64,000 nt of DNA, from NCBI GenBank assembly GCA_963844885.1, contig CAWJQA010000001.1:68575-132574 (forward strand), in the 5' to 3' direction. The stretch is from an uncultured Holophagales bacterium. Its GTDB lineage: Bacteria > Acidobacteriota > Thermoanaerobaculia > Multivoradales > UBA5704. This document shows, one piece after another, positions 41,396-51,122 of the stretch. Numbering within the stretch: position 1 is the stretch's first letter; the number at the start of each line of letters is the position of its first letter. The position numbers and the translations under genes were made by a program. Under the pieces are notes generated by a model that was given only the letters and a program-made list of their open reading frames with translations, made no database searches and was not told the DNA's origin.

Positions 41396-42390
41396 GCGCT
41401 CAGTCGCTCCGGCGCGCCGCCGGCCTCGGCTGCACGCAGGGCGATGAAGACGTCCTCGAGCGACGGCGCGATCGCGCTCGATCGTGTCGCAGCGCATGCC
41501 GCGCCCGGCCAGCCGCCGCTCGAGCCGCGCGGCGCCGCGCCGCGGCCGCGCTCGGCGGCGACCGTGACGTGCACGGCGCGGCCGAACAGGCCGGCCGCGC
41601 AGCACGCCCGGCGCGCCGTCGCAGCGCCTCGACCGCGCGCGGGACCGGCGTCGGTCGCGCAGCTCGAGGAGCGGCTCGCGCACGCCGGCGCGCAGCCGCG
41701 CCGGCGTGTCGAGCGCGATCAGCCGGCCGCGGTTCATCAGCGCCAGCCGGTGGCAGTACTCGGCCTCCTCCATGTAGTGGGTGCTGACGAAGACCGTGGT
41801 GCCGCCGTCGGCGAGCGTGTAGATGAGGTCCCAGAACGCGCGCCGCGAGATCGGGTCGACGCCCGAGGTCGGCTCGTCGAGGAAGAGGATCGGCGGCTCG
41901 TGCAGCACGGCGCAGCCGAGCGCCAGCCGCTGCTTCCAGCCGAGCGACAGCTCGCCGCGTCAGCCGCGCGCCGCTGCTCGGCGAGGCCGGCCATCGCGAG
42001 CACCCAGTCGCGGCGCGCCGGCGCGCTCGCGCGCGCGGCACGCCGTAGAGGCCGGCGAAGAAGGCGATGTTCTCCTCGACGCGTGAGGTCGCCGTAGAGC
42101 GAGAAGAGCTGCGACATGTAGCCGATGCGGCGCTTGATCGCCTCGCGTCTCGCGTGTGCATGTCGAAGCCGGCGACCGTGCCGCTGCCCGCGGTCGGCGC
42201 GCAGCAGGCCGACAGCATCGGATGGTGGTCGTCTTGCCGGCGCCGTTGGGGCCGAGGAAGCCGAAGACCTCGCCGCGGCGCGACCGCGAAGCGACACGCG
42301 GTCGACGGCGATGAAGTCGCCGAAGCGGCGGGTGAGGTCGCGGACCTCGACCGCGGTCCGGCGGCGCCGGCAGCGGCGCGCGGCGCTCAC
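41392..42390 (-). CDS. ABC transporter ATP-binding protein, frameshifted
   Basis: GFLGPNGAGKTTTI, LFLDEPTSGVDP, STHYMEEAE. Confidence 0.8.
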
Positions 42391-43370
42391 GTCGCCGCCG
42401 TGCCGCCTCGCCGCCCGGCTCGGCGACGCGGTCGATGAAGACGTCCTCGAGCGAGGGCTCGAGCGGCGCTCGCTTCGATGCCGCGACGCCCGGCGGCGCG
42501 CAGCGCCGCCGTCGACGCGCGGCCGGCGCGCCGCGCGGCGTCGTCGACGGTGACGTGCAGCCGGTCGCCGAACACCGCGGCCCGCGCGCACGCCCGGCAG
42601 GCTGCGATCGCGACGTCGCGCGCCGCGCGCGCGCCGGTCGACGCGCACGCCGAGCAGCGCGCCGCGGCAGGCCGCGCTGCAGCGCGCCGGGCGTGTCGAG
42701 CGCCAGCAGCCGCGCCGCTGGTGCAGCAGCGCCAGGCGGTCGAAGCGCTCGGCCTCGTCCAGGTAGGCGGTGCTGACGACCGCGGTGACGCCGCGCGCCA
42801 CCATCTCGTGCACGATGAGCCAGAGGTCGCGGCGCGAGACCGGGTCGACGCCGAAGGTCGGCTCGTCGAGCAGCAGCACTCGCGGCTCGTGGACGAGCGC
42901 GCACGAGAGCCCGAGCTTCTGCTTCATGCCGCCCGAGAGCTGGCCGGCCAGCCGGTCCTGGAACGGCCCGAGGTTCGAGAAGCGGAAGAGCCGCTCGAGC
43001 CGCGCCGGCCGCTCGGCCGGCGGGCACCTCGGTAGAGGTCGGCGTAGAAGTCGAGGTTCTCCGCGCACCGTGAGGTCGGCGTAGAGGCCGAAGCGCTGCG
43101 ACATGTAGGCGAGGTCGGTGCTTGACCGCGCTCGGGGTCGCGCGCCACGCTGAGACGCCGCCGATCGATCGCGTCGCCGGCGCTCGGGCGCAGCACGCCG
43201 GCCAGCATGCGCAGCGTCGTCGTCTTGCCGGCGCCGTCGGGGCCGACCAGCCCGAACAGCTCGCCGGGCGCGACCGTCGAAGTCGAGCCCGTCCACCGCG
43301 GTCAGCTCGCCGAAGCGGCGGCGTCGAGCCCGCGCACCTCGACGCGGCGGCGCGCGGCGCCGGTCGCTCT
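42387..43370 (-). CDS. ABC transporter ATP-binding protein, frameshifted
   Basis: [30 protein letters not shown]; start approximate. Confidence 0.8.
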
Positions 43371-44374
43371 CGCGCGCTCCTCCAGCCGCACGTCGGCCGG
43401 CAGGCCCGGCTTGAGCTCGTGCCCGGGTCGCCGGTGACGCGCACCTTGACCGCGTAGACCAGCTTCACCCGCTCCTCGGTGGTCTGCACGTTCTTGGGCG
43501 TGAACTCGGCCTCGCTGGCGATGAACGACACCTCGCCGGCGTAGCTGCTGGCCCGGGAAGGTGTCGGAGGTGATCGCGCGCCGGCTGGCCGAGCGCACCG
43601 CGCCGACGCGCGGTTCTCGGGCACGTAGATGCGCACCCAGCGGTCGTCGCGGTTCATCAGCGTGAGCACCGGCGAGCCGGCGGCGACGATCTCGCCCGGC
43701 TCGCGGTGGCGCACGGTGACGACGCCGGCGAACGGCGCGCGTGAGCACCATGTTGGCGAGCGTGGCGTCGAGCGTCGCGCACCGCGGCCTCGGCCTGCGG
43801 CGAGCTGCGGCGCGCGCGGCGGCGATGCGCTCGCGGCGCGGGCCCGGTTCGAGCAGCGCGAGCTGCTCGGCCGCCTGGTCGCGCTGGCTGCGCGGCGAGT
43901 CGACGGCGAGGGCTGCGCCTTGTCGAGCGCCTCGCGCGCCACGGCGCCGCCTGCGAGCAGCGGCGCGCGCGCTCGAAGTCGCGCTCGGCGTCGGCGCACG
44001 CGCTCGTCGGCGGCGGCGAGCGCGGCGCGCGCCTGCGCGATCTCCTCGCGCCGCGAGCCCGCTCGAGCTCGGCGAGCGCGGCGCGCGCCGCCTGCGACCT
44101 GGGCGAGCGGCCTGGCGTGCCGGCGGGCGTCGAGCTCGGTGCGGTCGAGCCGCGCCAGCTCCGGGCCCGCGGCGACCCGGTCGCCCTCCTGCGGCGACGA
44201 TCGCGTCGATGCGGCCCGGGACCTGGAAGCCGAGCTGGGCGTCGGTCGCCTCGACCGTGCCGGAGGCGACGAGGCCGTCGGCCTCGGCGCGGGCGTGCGA
44301 GGACGAAGCGCCAGAGGGCGAAGCCGCCCGAGGGCGAGGAGCACGACGACGGGGACGATGCGCTTCGGGCTCAT
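43365..44374 (-). CDS. HlyD/YbhG-family membrane fusion protein, frameshifted
   Basis: ASGTVEAT, WVRIYVPE, IASEAEFTPKNVQTTEERVKLVYAVKV, LKPGLPAD; end approximate. Confidence 0.82.
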
Positions 44375-45765
44375 GGGGCGGTCTCCAGGGTGCGGCGGAG
44401 CCAGTCGGGGGTGAGCTCGCCGGCGGCGCGGGCGAGCTCGACGCGGGCGAGCAGCGGCGGCGTGCGCGCGCCTCGGCGAGGCTGGCGCGGGTCGCGAGCC
44501 AGCTCGGCCTCGGCGGCGAGGTAGTCGATCTGCGTGCCGGAGCCGACCTCGAGCAGGAGCTTCTGCATGCGCGCCACCTCGGCGAGGCGCTCGACGGCCA
44601 TCGTGAGGCTGGCGATGCGCGCCTCGGCCTCCTCCTCGGCGGCGGCGGCGCGATCCACGTCCTCGCGCACCTGCACCTCGGCGGCCCGCACCTGCTCCTG
44701 AGCGGCACGGACGCCGGCTTCGGCGCGGGCGATCCGGCGCCGGGTGACGCCGCCGTCGAACAGCGGCACCGTGAGCTGAAGCGCCACGTTCCACTCGCCG
44801 GTGAAATCGCCCTGCGACGACGTCCACTCATTGTAATTGCCCACGGCCCGGAGGTCCGGCCGCAGGATGCTCCGCGCCAGCGCGACGCCGGCCTCGGCCG
44901 TGGCGACCTGCGAGCGCGCCTGGGCCACCGCCGGGCTCGCCTCGATTCCGGCCGCCGCCAGCTCCTCCCGGGACAGCGATCGATCGCCGACCTCGGCCGG
45001 CGCGAGTCGCGAGACGCGGGTCTCGTCGACCGGGATGTCGAGGAGGCGCGCCAGCTCGCGCTCGGAATTGTCGATGGCGGCGGTGAGCCGCACGCGGTCG
45101 GCCTCGGCGTTGGCGAGAGCGGCCTCGGCGCGGAGGATCTCCACCTTCGCGGCGCGGCCCACGTCGAACCGCTGGCGGACGCGTGACAGCTCGGCCCGCA
45201 GCGCGTCCAGCCGGTGATCGTGCGCCGCGAGCACCTGGCTCTGTCCCAGGACGGTGAGGTACGCCGCCGCCACCCGCCGGGCGAGAAGCTGCTCGACCGA
45301 GGAGACCGCGGCGCCGGCGCCTTCCACCTGGGAGCCGGCGGAGCGCACCTGGGCGTCGATGCCGCCGTTGTCGAGCAGCGTGTAGCTCACCGAGAGCGTG
45401 GCCTGCCCGAGCGTCTCGTCGAACTCGGGGAACAGGCCGGGGCTGAAGCCGTGGATGGGTGTGACCACCATGGGCTCCTGGTACTGGGTGGCCGAGCCGG
45501 TGAGCCGCCCCTTGGGCTTGCGGGAAGCCCGAGCTTCGCCGAGAGCCTCCTCGGCCTCGGCCTGGCGAGCCCGCGCCGCCTCCACCGCCGGGAACCGGGC
45601 CAAAGCGCGCTCCACCGCCTCGGGCAGGGTGAGCGCCGTGGCCGCTCTCCCGGGAGAAAGGACCGCAAGGACAACAAGGACGGCAAGGACAAAAAAGCGC
45701 CTCGACCAGGCCGGGTGGGAGGCGCCCTCTCCCCGCGCAGCGGGGGAGGGAAGGGGAGGGGGCAC
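44371..45765 (-). CDS. TolC-family outer membrane efflux protein
   Basis: Signal peptide, LTLPEAVERAL, LQLTVPLFDGG, helical repeats; start uncertain. Confidence 0.88.
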   Translation of the reverse strand: MPPPLPSPAARGEGASHPAWSRRFFVLAVLVVLAVLSPGRAATALTLPEAVERALARFPAVEAARARQAEAEEALGEARASRKPKGRLTGSATQYQEPMVVTPIHGFSPGLFPEFDETLGQATLSVSYTLLDNGGIDAQVRSAGSQVEGAGAAVSSVEQLLARRVAAAYLTVLGQSQVLAAHDHRLDALRAELSRVRQRFDVGRAAKVEILRAEAALANAEADRVRLTAAIDNSERELARLLDIPVDETRVSRLAPAEVGDRSLSREELAAAGIEASPAVAQARSQVATAEAGVALARSILRPDLRAVGNYNEWTSSQGDFTGEWNVALQLTVPLFDGGVTRRRIARAEAGVRAAQEQVRAAEVQVREDVDRAAAAEEEAEARIASLTMAVERLAEVARMQKLLLEVGSGTQIDYLAAEAELARDPRQPRRGARTPPLLARVELARAAGELTPDWLRRTLETAP

Positions 45766-45797
45766 TCATCAACGCTCCTCCTCGGGCGATTGCTGGG

Positions 45798-46304
45798 CTA
45801 AGCTCGTGGCCTGCGGGTGTACAGCGCTTCGTGGAACGCCTTGCCTTCGCGCGCAAGCTGGATCTCGCCGTCGGCGAGCATCCGGCGAAGCACGTCTGAA
45901 GCCGTCCGCGGACCGACGGGCCGGCGCAGGCGGTCCGGGAAAAGGCGGTTGACCTCCGCGGCCAGGGAGGTCGGGCCGAAAGGCTCTGGGAAAGAAGGAC
46001 TCAGGACGACCTGCCGCAGCAGCCGGCTGATCATGAGACGGCCCGAAGGCGATATTGTCTCGTCGGCGGCAGGTGCGGCGCCGGACTGGACCGGGATCGA
46101 CTGCGCCAGCTCGACCGCCGCCGGCACGGCTGTCTTGAAGGCCTCCAGGCTGTGAAGCACCTTCTTCAGCTCGGCCGCATGGGACACCCGTTGCTCGCCG
46201 TGCTCGGATTCCTTCTGCGCGTGGAAGGCCTCCCGTTCGCGATGGAACGCCGCGCGCTTCTCCAGGTTCGCCATCACCTCCGCCACCGAAAGCTTCGAGG
46301 CCAT
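45798..46304 (-). CDS. Coiled-coil plus putative winged-helix DNA-binding protein
   Basis: AAGGGAG SD; N-terminal charged heptads; C-terminal FGPTSLAAEVNRLF...RTASDVLRRMLADGEIQLAREG...ALY wHTH-like pattern. Confidence 0.65.
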   Translation of the reverse strand: MASKLSVAEVMANLEKRAAFHREREAFHAQKESEHGEQRVSHAAELKKVLHSLEAFKTAVPAAVELAQSIPVQSGAAPAADETISPSGRLMISRLLRQVVLSPSFPEPFGPTSLAAEVNRLFPDRLRRPVGPRTASDVLRRMLADGEIQLAREGKAFHEALYTRRPRA

Positions 46305-46526
46305 GCCAATGTCTCCCTTGAGATGACAAGCGCGGACCAGACTTTGCCGCGAGTTACGACAGTCCGCGACCCCGTTGGTTCAGGTTGCGGTGAAAATCCT
46401 CGCGGCTCAGGATAGCATGCGGAGCCGCGTCAGGTCTCCGCGGGCCGCGCCGGCGGGAGCCCAGGTTGCGGTGAACGAGCTCTCCATCGCCCCGCATCTT
46501 GTTGAGGCGCCGTGGATAAGGCCACG

Positions 46527-46852
46527 TTGCGGCAAAGTCGGGTGACATTGCGGCGGAGGAGTTGGAGTTGCGGCAAAGTCGGGTGACGTTGCGGTGGAGG
46601 AGTTGGAGTTGCGGCAAAGTCAGGTGACGTTGCGGTGGAGGAGTCGGAATTGCGGCAAAGTCAGGTGACGTTGCGGTGAAGGAGTTGGAGTTGCGGCAAA
46701 GTCAGGTGACGTTGCGGTGGAGGAGTCGGAGTTGCGGCAAAGTCAGGTGACGTTGCGGTGGAGGAGTCGGAGTTGCGGCAAAGTCAGGTGACGTTGCGGT
46801 GGAGGAGTTGGAGTTGCGGCAAAGTCAGGTGACGTTGCGGTGGAGGAGTTGA
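46527..46852. repeat. Tandem array of 8 x 41 bp (21+20 bp subunits, each starting TTGCGG)
   Basis: Unit TTGCGGCAAAGTCAGGTGACG-TTGCGGTGGAGGAGTTGGAG starts at 46527, 46568, 46609, 46650, 46691, 46732, 46773 and 46814. Confidence 0.97.
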
Positions 46853-46921
46853 CACGGAGACCTCGTACCGTTATCCACCGCAACTCGGCGCCATCGACGG
46901 GCTACGCGCGATGGGCGTGTC

Positions 46922-48175
46922 TCATTCATACTTGCGGAGTGCGAGCACGGCGTTCAATCCGCCGAATGCGAAAGAGTTGGAAAGTGCAACATCAACTCGT
47001 TGTTTGCGAGCGACATTGGCGACGATATCGAGGTCAATCTCGGGGTCGGCAGTGAGGTAGCCGGCCGTGGGCGGGACAATATCTTCCCGAACGGTCATGA
47101 CGCTGGCGACAAGCTCCAGAGCGCCAGCAGCGCCCAAGGCGTGCCCATGCATCGATTTGGTCGATGAAACAGCCAGTTGCTCGGTGTGGCTCCCGAAGAA
47201 GCGTCTGAGGGCCGTAGCCTCAGTCGCATCATTCACCTTGGTGCCCGTCCCATGGGCATTGATGTAGTCCACGTCCTCAGGATTGATACCGCTGTCCCGG
47301 ACGGCGCTTGCCAGGGCTCGCACCAGCCCATCGACTTGCGGTCGAACGAAGTCGGTTGCATCTGAGGAGGTTCCAAAACCGAGAAGCTCTGCGTAGATGT
47401 GGGCGCCCCGTGAGCGCGCCGAGGAAAGGCTCTCCAGAACAAGGATCGCTGCTCCTTCCCCGAGTACCAGCCCGTCCCGCTCGCGGCAGAAGGGTCGGCA
47501 CCCCGTCGCAGAGAGGACTCGCATCTCCTGCCAGGCGCGATAGAGGCTATACGAGGGAAGCATCTCGCTGCCTCCCGCAAGCGCAACAGGCACCGCGCCA
47601 CTGCGGACCATGTTGAAAGCCTGGCCTATGGCATGATTGGCCGAAGAGCATGCGCTCGTCACGGAGAAGGCGGGTCCACGAAGCCCATACGCCATGGTGA
47701 CGAGGCTGACAGCCGAATTCGTCATCGACTGGATGATCGTCAGCGGGTGGGGCCGAAGATCGCGGTAGACGCGAAGGGTCCCAGTATTCCTGGCTGCATC
47801 GCCCCCGACTGCAGTTCCCAGGACGACGGCGGTCTGCTCACTGTGCTCTTGGAGAAAAGCCTCGCCCGCATCTTGGATCGCCTCCTGTGCGGCTACGAGC
47901 GCGAACTGAGCAAAGCGGTCCAGCAGAGGAACGCGGAGGCTGGCCCTGCCCTTGGGAGGCTGAAAGTCGCGAACCTCGGCAGCGAGCCACTGAAACGGTT
48001 CCCCGTTCTCACCGGCAGGCCATTCCTCGGTATCGCGGGAGACAAGCTGGATTCCGGACCTGCCCTGCCGAAGAGCCTCCCAGAAGGCGGCAGAACCCTG
48101 GCCGATCGGAGAGACGACGCCGACGCCCGTGATGGCCACCCGAGTTCTAGGGTTCATGAACGCGCTCTGAGCCAT
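46922..48175 (-). CDS. Beta-ketoacyl-ACP synthase (FabF/NodE-like)
   Basis: TSACSSANHAIG, NAHGTGT, STKSMHGHALG, SNSFAFGG. Confidence 0.93.
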   Translation of the reverse strand: MAQSAFMNPRTRVAITGVGVVSPIGQGSAAFWEALRQGRSGIQLVSRDTEEWPAGENGEPFQWLAAEVRDFQPPKGRASLRVPLLDRFAQFALVAAQEAIQDAGEAFLQEHSEQTAVVLGTAVGGDAARNTGTLRVYRDLRPHPLTIIQSMTNSAVSLVTMAYGLRGPAFSVTSACSSANHAIGQAFNMVRSGAVPVALAGGSEMLPSYSLYRAWQEMRVLSATGCRPFCRERDGLVLGEGAAILVLESLSSARSRGAHIYAELLGFGTSSDATDFVRPQVDGLVRALASAVRDSGINPEDVDYINAHGTGTKVNDATEATALRRFFGSHTEQLAVSSTKSMHGHALGAAGALELVASVMTVREDIVPPTAGYLTADPEIDLDIVANVARKQRVDVALSNSFAFGGLNAVLALRKYE

Positions 48176-48441
48176 CAACTCGCTTCGAGAGCGCCTCTCC
48201 GGGCTCTGAGCATCCCCACGATCAGGTCCCGCGCGTCGGCGATGGTTCGCAGCTCCACGAGGCTGTTGTCGGCAATCGAGATGCTCCACCGGTTCTCGAT
48301 CTGGTAAATGACCGAAACGAGCTCGATGGAAAGGATCCCTAGCTCCGCAAACGTGATCTCCGGAGTGAGGATAACGGGCACCTCTTCGCCCTGCACGTTC
48401 CGGATCGCCTCATAGAGCCCGTTCTCGACTTCTTCGTCCAC
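48175..48441 (-). CDS. Acyl carrier protein
   Basis: FAELGILSIELVSVIYQIENRWSISI...LRTIAD; GGAGG SD; stop overlaps the KAS start. Confidence 0.8.
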   Translation of the reverse strand: MDEEVENGLYEAIRNVQGEEVPVILTPEITFAELGILSIELVSVIYQIENRWSISIADNSLVELRTIADARDLIVGMLRARRGALEAS

Positions 48442-48617
48442 CAGTTGCCTCCGTGACTGCGAGGGGGCGACATCGCGCCTCCTCCCGTGACGTCTTGGAA
48501 GCATAGCGTAGAATGTCCAGCAGGTCGCCCCGATTGTGGCCGCCGCCCGCCGAAAGACGGCAGTCGGCCCGTGAACCGGCGTTTTCTGGCGATCCGACAG
48601 CCCTCAAGGAGGTAATT

Positions 48618-48746
48618 ATGTCTCCATCTCAGGGTAGCTGTTTCCTCGTGGTCTTGTCCCCTTGGCGTCTTCGTGCTACTAGTAGCACCTCGACTCCTTG
48701 CTGGAATGAACTGGGAGGGAGTTTTACTCAGAGATCAAACGGATGA
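48618..48746 (+). CDS. Putative 42-aa small ORF
   Basis: AAGGAGGT SD at 48606-48613; stop overlaps the ATG of the next gene (ATGA). Confidence 0.4.
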   Translation: MSPSQGSCFLVVLSPWRLRATSSTSTPCWNELGGSFTQRSNG

Positions 48747-49456
48747 TCATGAAATCGGCAACGACCGTTGCCCCGTGGAGCGAGCTCCTGAATTCGTATG
48801 GGGTCAAGTGGGGGCAAACGGAGCTCAATCCTGCCGACCGCAAGCTGGTGGTCGTCCTGGGCAATGCCTATGGGCTCATGAAGTACCAGGAGCCCCTCGC
48901 CAGGAGCCTGTCTTCCGAGGGCGTGAACGCCTTGTGGTCCTCGGCTCCAGGCCAGGAAGGGGCGCGAGGAGTCTTCGGCCTGGAGGGCGGCGTGGTGTTT
49001 CTGCGGGAGCTCGCGCAGGTGGCGCTGGACGAGGATTGGGAGTTGGCTCTACTTTGCCACTGCGCCAGCTCGCTTGGTGCTGTGGAGTTCCTCAATCGGT
49101 TCACTCCGCGAAATGTGCGATGCCTGATCTCCTATGGCCCGCTCCTCAAATTGCCGGCTCTTCGCGAGCGTGCGCTTAGTCAACTCGCGATCGCCGGAGT
49201 CAGCACAGCCATCGGCGAAGAGACATGGCGACTCGACTTTTCAGCCATGCTCGCTTCGTTGCGCTATCCTGCCCTTATTGCCCACAGCCTCGATGTGACG
49301 AATGCTCGCAGGGCAACTGCTGAACAGATCAACGCCTTGGAGAAGTGCCCCTGCGTCAGGAAGACCGTCATTATGGAAGAAGGCTATGATGAGAAAGTCG
49401 AGAATATTCAGCACGCTTTGCCTTACTATCTGGACTTTCTTCGTGAGTACCTGTGA
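48743..49456 (+). CDS. Alpha/beta-hydrolase-like protein
   Basis: LALLCHCASSLGA elbow-like motif, CLISYGP, YPALIAHSLD. Confidence 0.55.
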   Translation: MIMKSATTVAPWSELLNSYGVKWGQTELNPADRKLVVVLGNAYGLMKYQEPLARSLSSEGVNALWSSAPGQEGARGVFGLEGGVVFLRELAQVALDEDWELALLCHCASSLGAVEFLNRFTPRNVRCLISYGPLLKLPALRERALSQLAIAGVSTAIGEETWRLDFSAMLASLRYPALIAHSLDVTNARRATAEQINALEKCPCVRKTVIMEEGYDEKVENIQHALPYYLDFLREYL

Positions 49457-50538
49457 TGAAGAAGTTTGCGTTTTGGGGTTTGGTGCTAACAGCCGTTGCG
49501 GTGGTTGTTTTTCTCTTCGCTGTCCTCAATATAACGCAACTAGTTGATTTGTCAAGGCGTTTTTTCGCACTTGCAATTTGGTTCTGCGTCCTCTCCCTTC
49601 TATCCCTCCTGACGCTCAATCATCTGGTCAATAAGTTCGACCAGAAAAAGCTGAGTCTTTCGCACCTCCTTCTGGGGGGAATGTTGGAACTGGCTATCTT
49701 AGTTTTCTTGGTCGTCGCATTCATTTTGACATTGAATGGCGTGCCTGCCTCTGTGGACGTCCTTGTAGGGACCGCTCCCGCTGCTAGCAATTTCTTAGGC
49801 TTCCTGGCAACTGTTTTTACTCTCTGGGCGGCAGCATCATCAGCGTTTATCCTATTTGCACAGGTCCATCATGAGGAGCTTTCTCAAGCGTTGCGTCGAG
49901 TAAACAATCAGTCTGAGGTTCTGGAAGAGGTAAGGCTTTGGACGGAGAATCCAAACGTCGAACGGGTAGCCTTCTTTGGGGCGTTCTCGGCAATTCCTGG
50001 GTTCTGGGAAGAGCCTATCTCAGAGGCGTACACGTTGATTCATAATCATATCTTCGAGGGAAATAAACCTCCATTTTCATTGATTGGACCCGATGCTAAT
50101 TCCGTTCGTTCGCTTGCAAGCTCTCTCGCGGCGCCGGAACAGAAAAAGCGACTCAAAGAGATGATTAAATGGAGCGAACCTGCTCGCCAACTCTACTCCT
50201 CAACCGAATCAGATACTGCGGATGCCATCAATAAAATTGTTGAAAAATATCAAGAGCTTTGCAACAATCTGGGAGGGATAGTCAAGGTAGCTTCTAATCC
50301 TTGGGAAACTTCTGCTATTACATTTGCGGTCGCACATGATAAATACTCGAACCCAATTGCAGCGATTTTCTTTGGCTCTCCTATTCCAAGCGATGGACTT
50401 TCACCAGGGGAAAAAATTAATATTTTCCGAAAACCGCTTGTTTATATGAGCCGCCGCGAAGAGATTGGGTCATTGCTGATCAATTTGGAGCACGTGATCG
50501 ACGAGAATCTCGCGAACCAGAAAAGGGGAGTGGCGTGA
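49453..50538 (+). CDS. Hypothetical protein with 4 N-terminal TM helices and a soluble C-terminal domain
   Basis: Long open frame in markedly AT-richer DNA; overlaps both neighbours. Confidence 0.7.
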   Translation: MMKKFAFWGLVLTAVAVVVFLFAVLNITQLVDLSRRFFALAIWFCVLSLLSLLTLNHLVNKFDQKKLSLSHLLLGGMLELAILVFLVVAFILTLNGVPASVDVLVGTAPAASNFLGFLATVFTLWAAASSAFILFAQVHHEELSQALRRVNNQSEVLEEVRLWTENPNVERVAFFGAFSAIPGFWEEPISEAYTLIHNHIFEGNKPPFSLIGPDANSVRSLASSLAAPEQKKRLKEMIKWSEPARQLYSSTESDTADAINKIVEKYQELCNNLGGIVKVASNPWETSAITFAVAHDKYSNPIAAIFFGSPIPSDGLSPGEKINIFRKPLVYMSRREEIGSLLINLEHVIDENLANQKRGVA

Positions 50539-51119
50539 ATGTAATTATCCAAGCTCAAAACCGCTGGCGTCAGAGGGATTTCCTGTTCGTGGGCCTGCTG
50601 GCGGCGACGGTGTTCGCGGTTGCCTTCGTTCTAGGAGCCGGGATCATTGCCGCGACGGGAATTCCAGCCACGGGAGGCCTTGGAAACATCTTCGCCGCCG
50701 TGTTCCTCCTGGTCCTCGGATATCAGATCTGTCCCCGGCCCTTTATGGGGACGCTGACTCTGGCGCTGATGTTCGCGATCGCTCTGCCGACCACGATCGG
50801 TGGCCCAATCGGGCCTTTCAAGATCGTCAACGGCATCGTCATCGGGCTCGCCTTCGACCTGGCGGCCTGGATTGGGAGGCGGAGCGCCGCATCCCAGGTC
50901 ATTGGCGCTGCCATTGCCTCTGTGTTGAGTCTCTGGGGAGTTTATGTGGGTCTGGTCATGCTTGGCCTTCCCGGTGCTGAGCGCCTGCAGCCGCTTCTGC
51001 TTCCTCTCTCGGGAGTCCAGGCGCTCCTGGGAGCTGTCGGTGCCTGGCTGGCGCTAGCTCTTTTCCGGAAGCGACTGTCCAAGTGGCCCGCGGTGAAGCG
51101 ATTCCAGCAATCAGGATAA
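50535..51119 (+). CDS. ECF transporter S-component-like membrane protein
   Basis: 194 aa, about 6 hydrophobic helices, directly upstream of a double ATPase. Confidence 0.65.
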   Translation: MNVIIQAQNRWRQRDFLFVGLLAATVFAVAFVLGAGIIAATGIPATGGLGNIFAAVFLLVLGYQICPRPFMGTLTLALMFAIALPTTIGGPIGPFKIVNGIVIGLAFDLAAWIGRRSAASQVIGAAIASVLSLWGVYVGLVMLGLPGAERLQPLLLPLSGVQALLGAVGAWLALALFRKRLSKWPAVKRFQQSG

Positions 51120-51122
51120 AAT

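Noticed and set aside
39420-44500. Programmed frameshifting or mass pseudogenisation of the ABC exporter
   Set aside because: Very dense small indels, often in CG runs, with protein motifs intact on either side, fit low-quality long-read consensus. Read remapping would settle it.
46527-46852. CRISPR array
   Set aside because: Units are contiguous near-identical repeats with no unique spacers, and there are no cas genes
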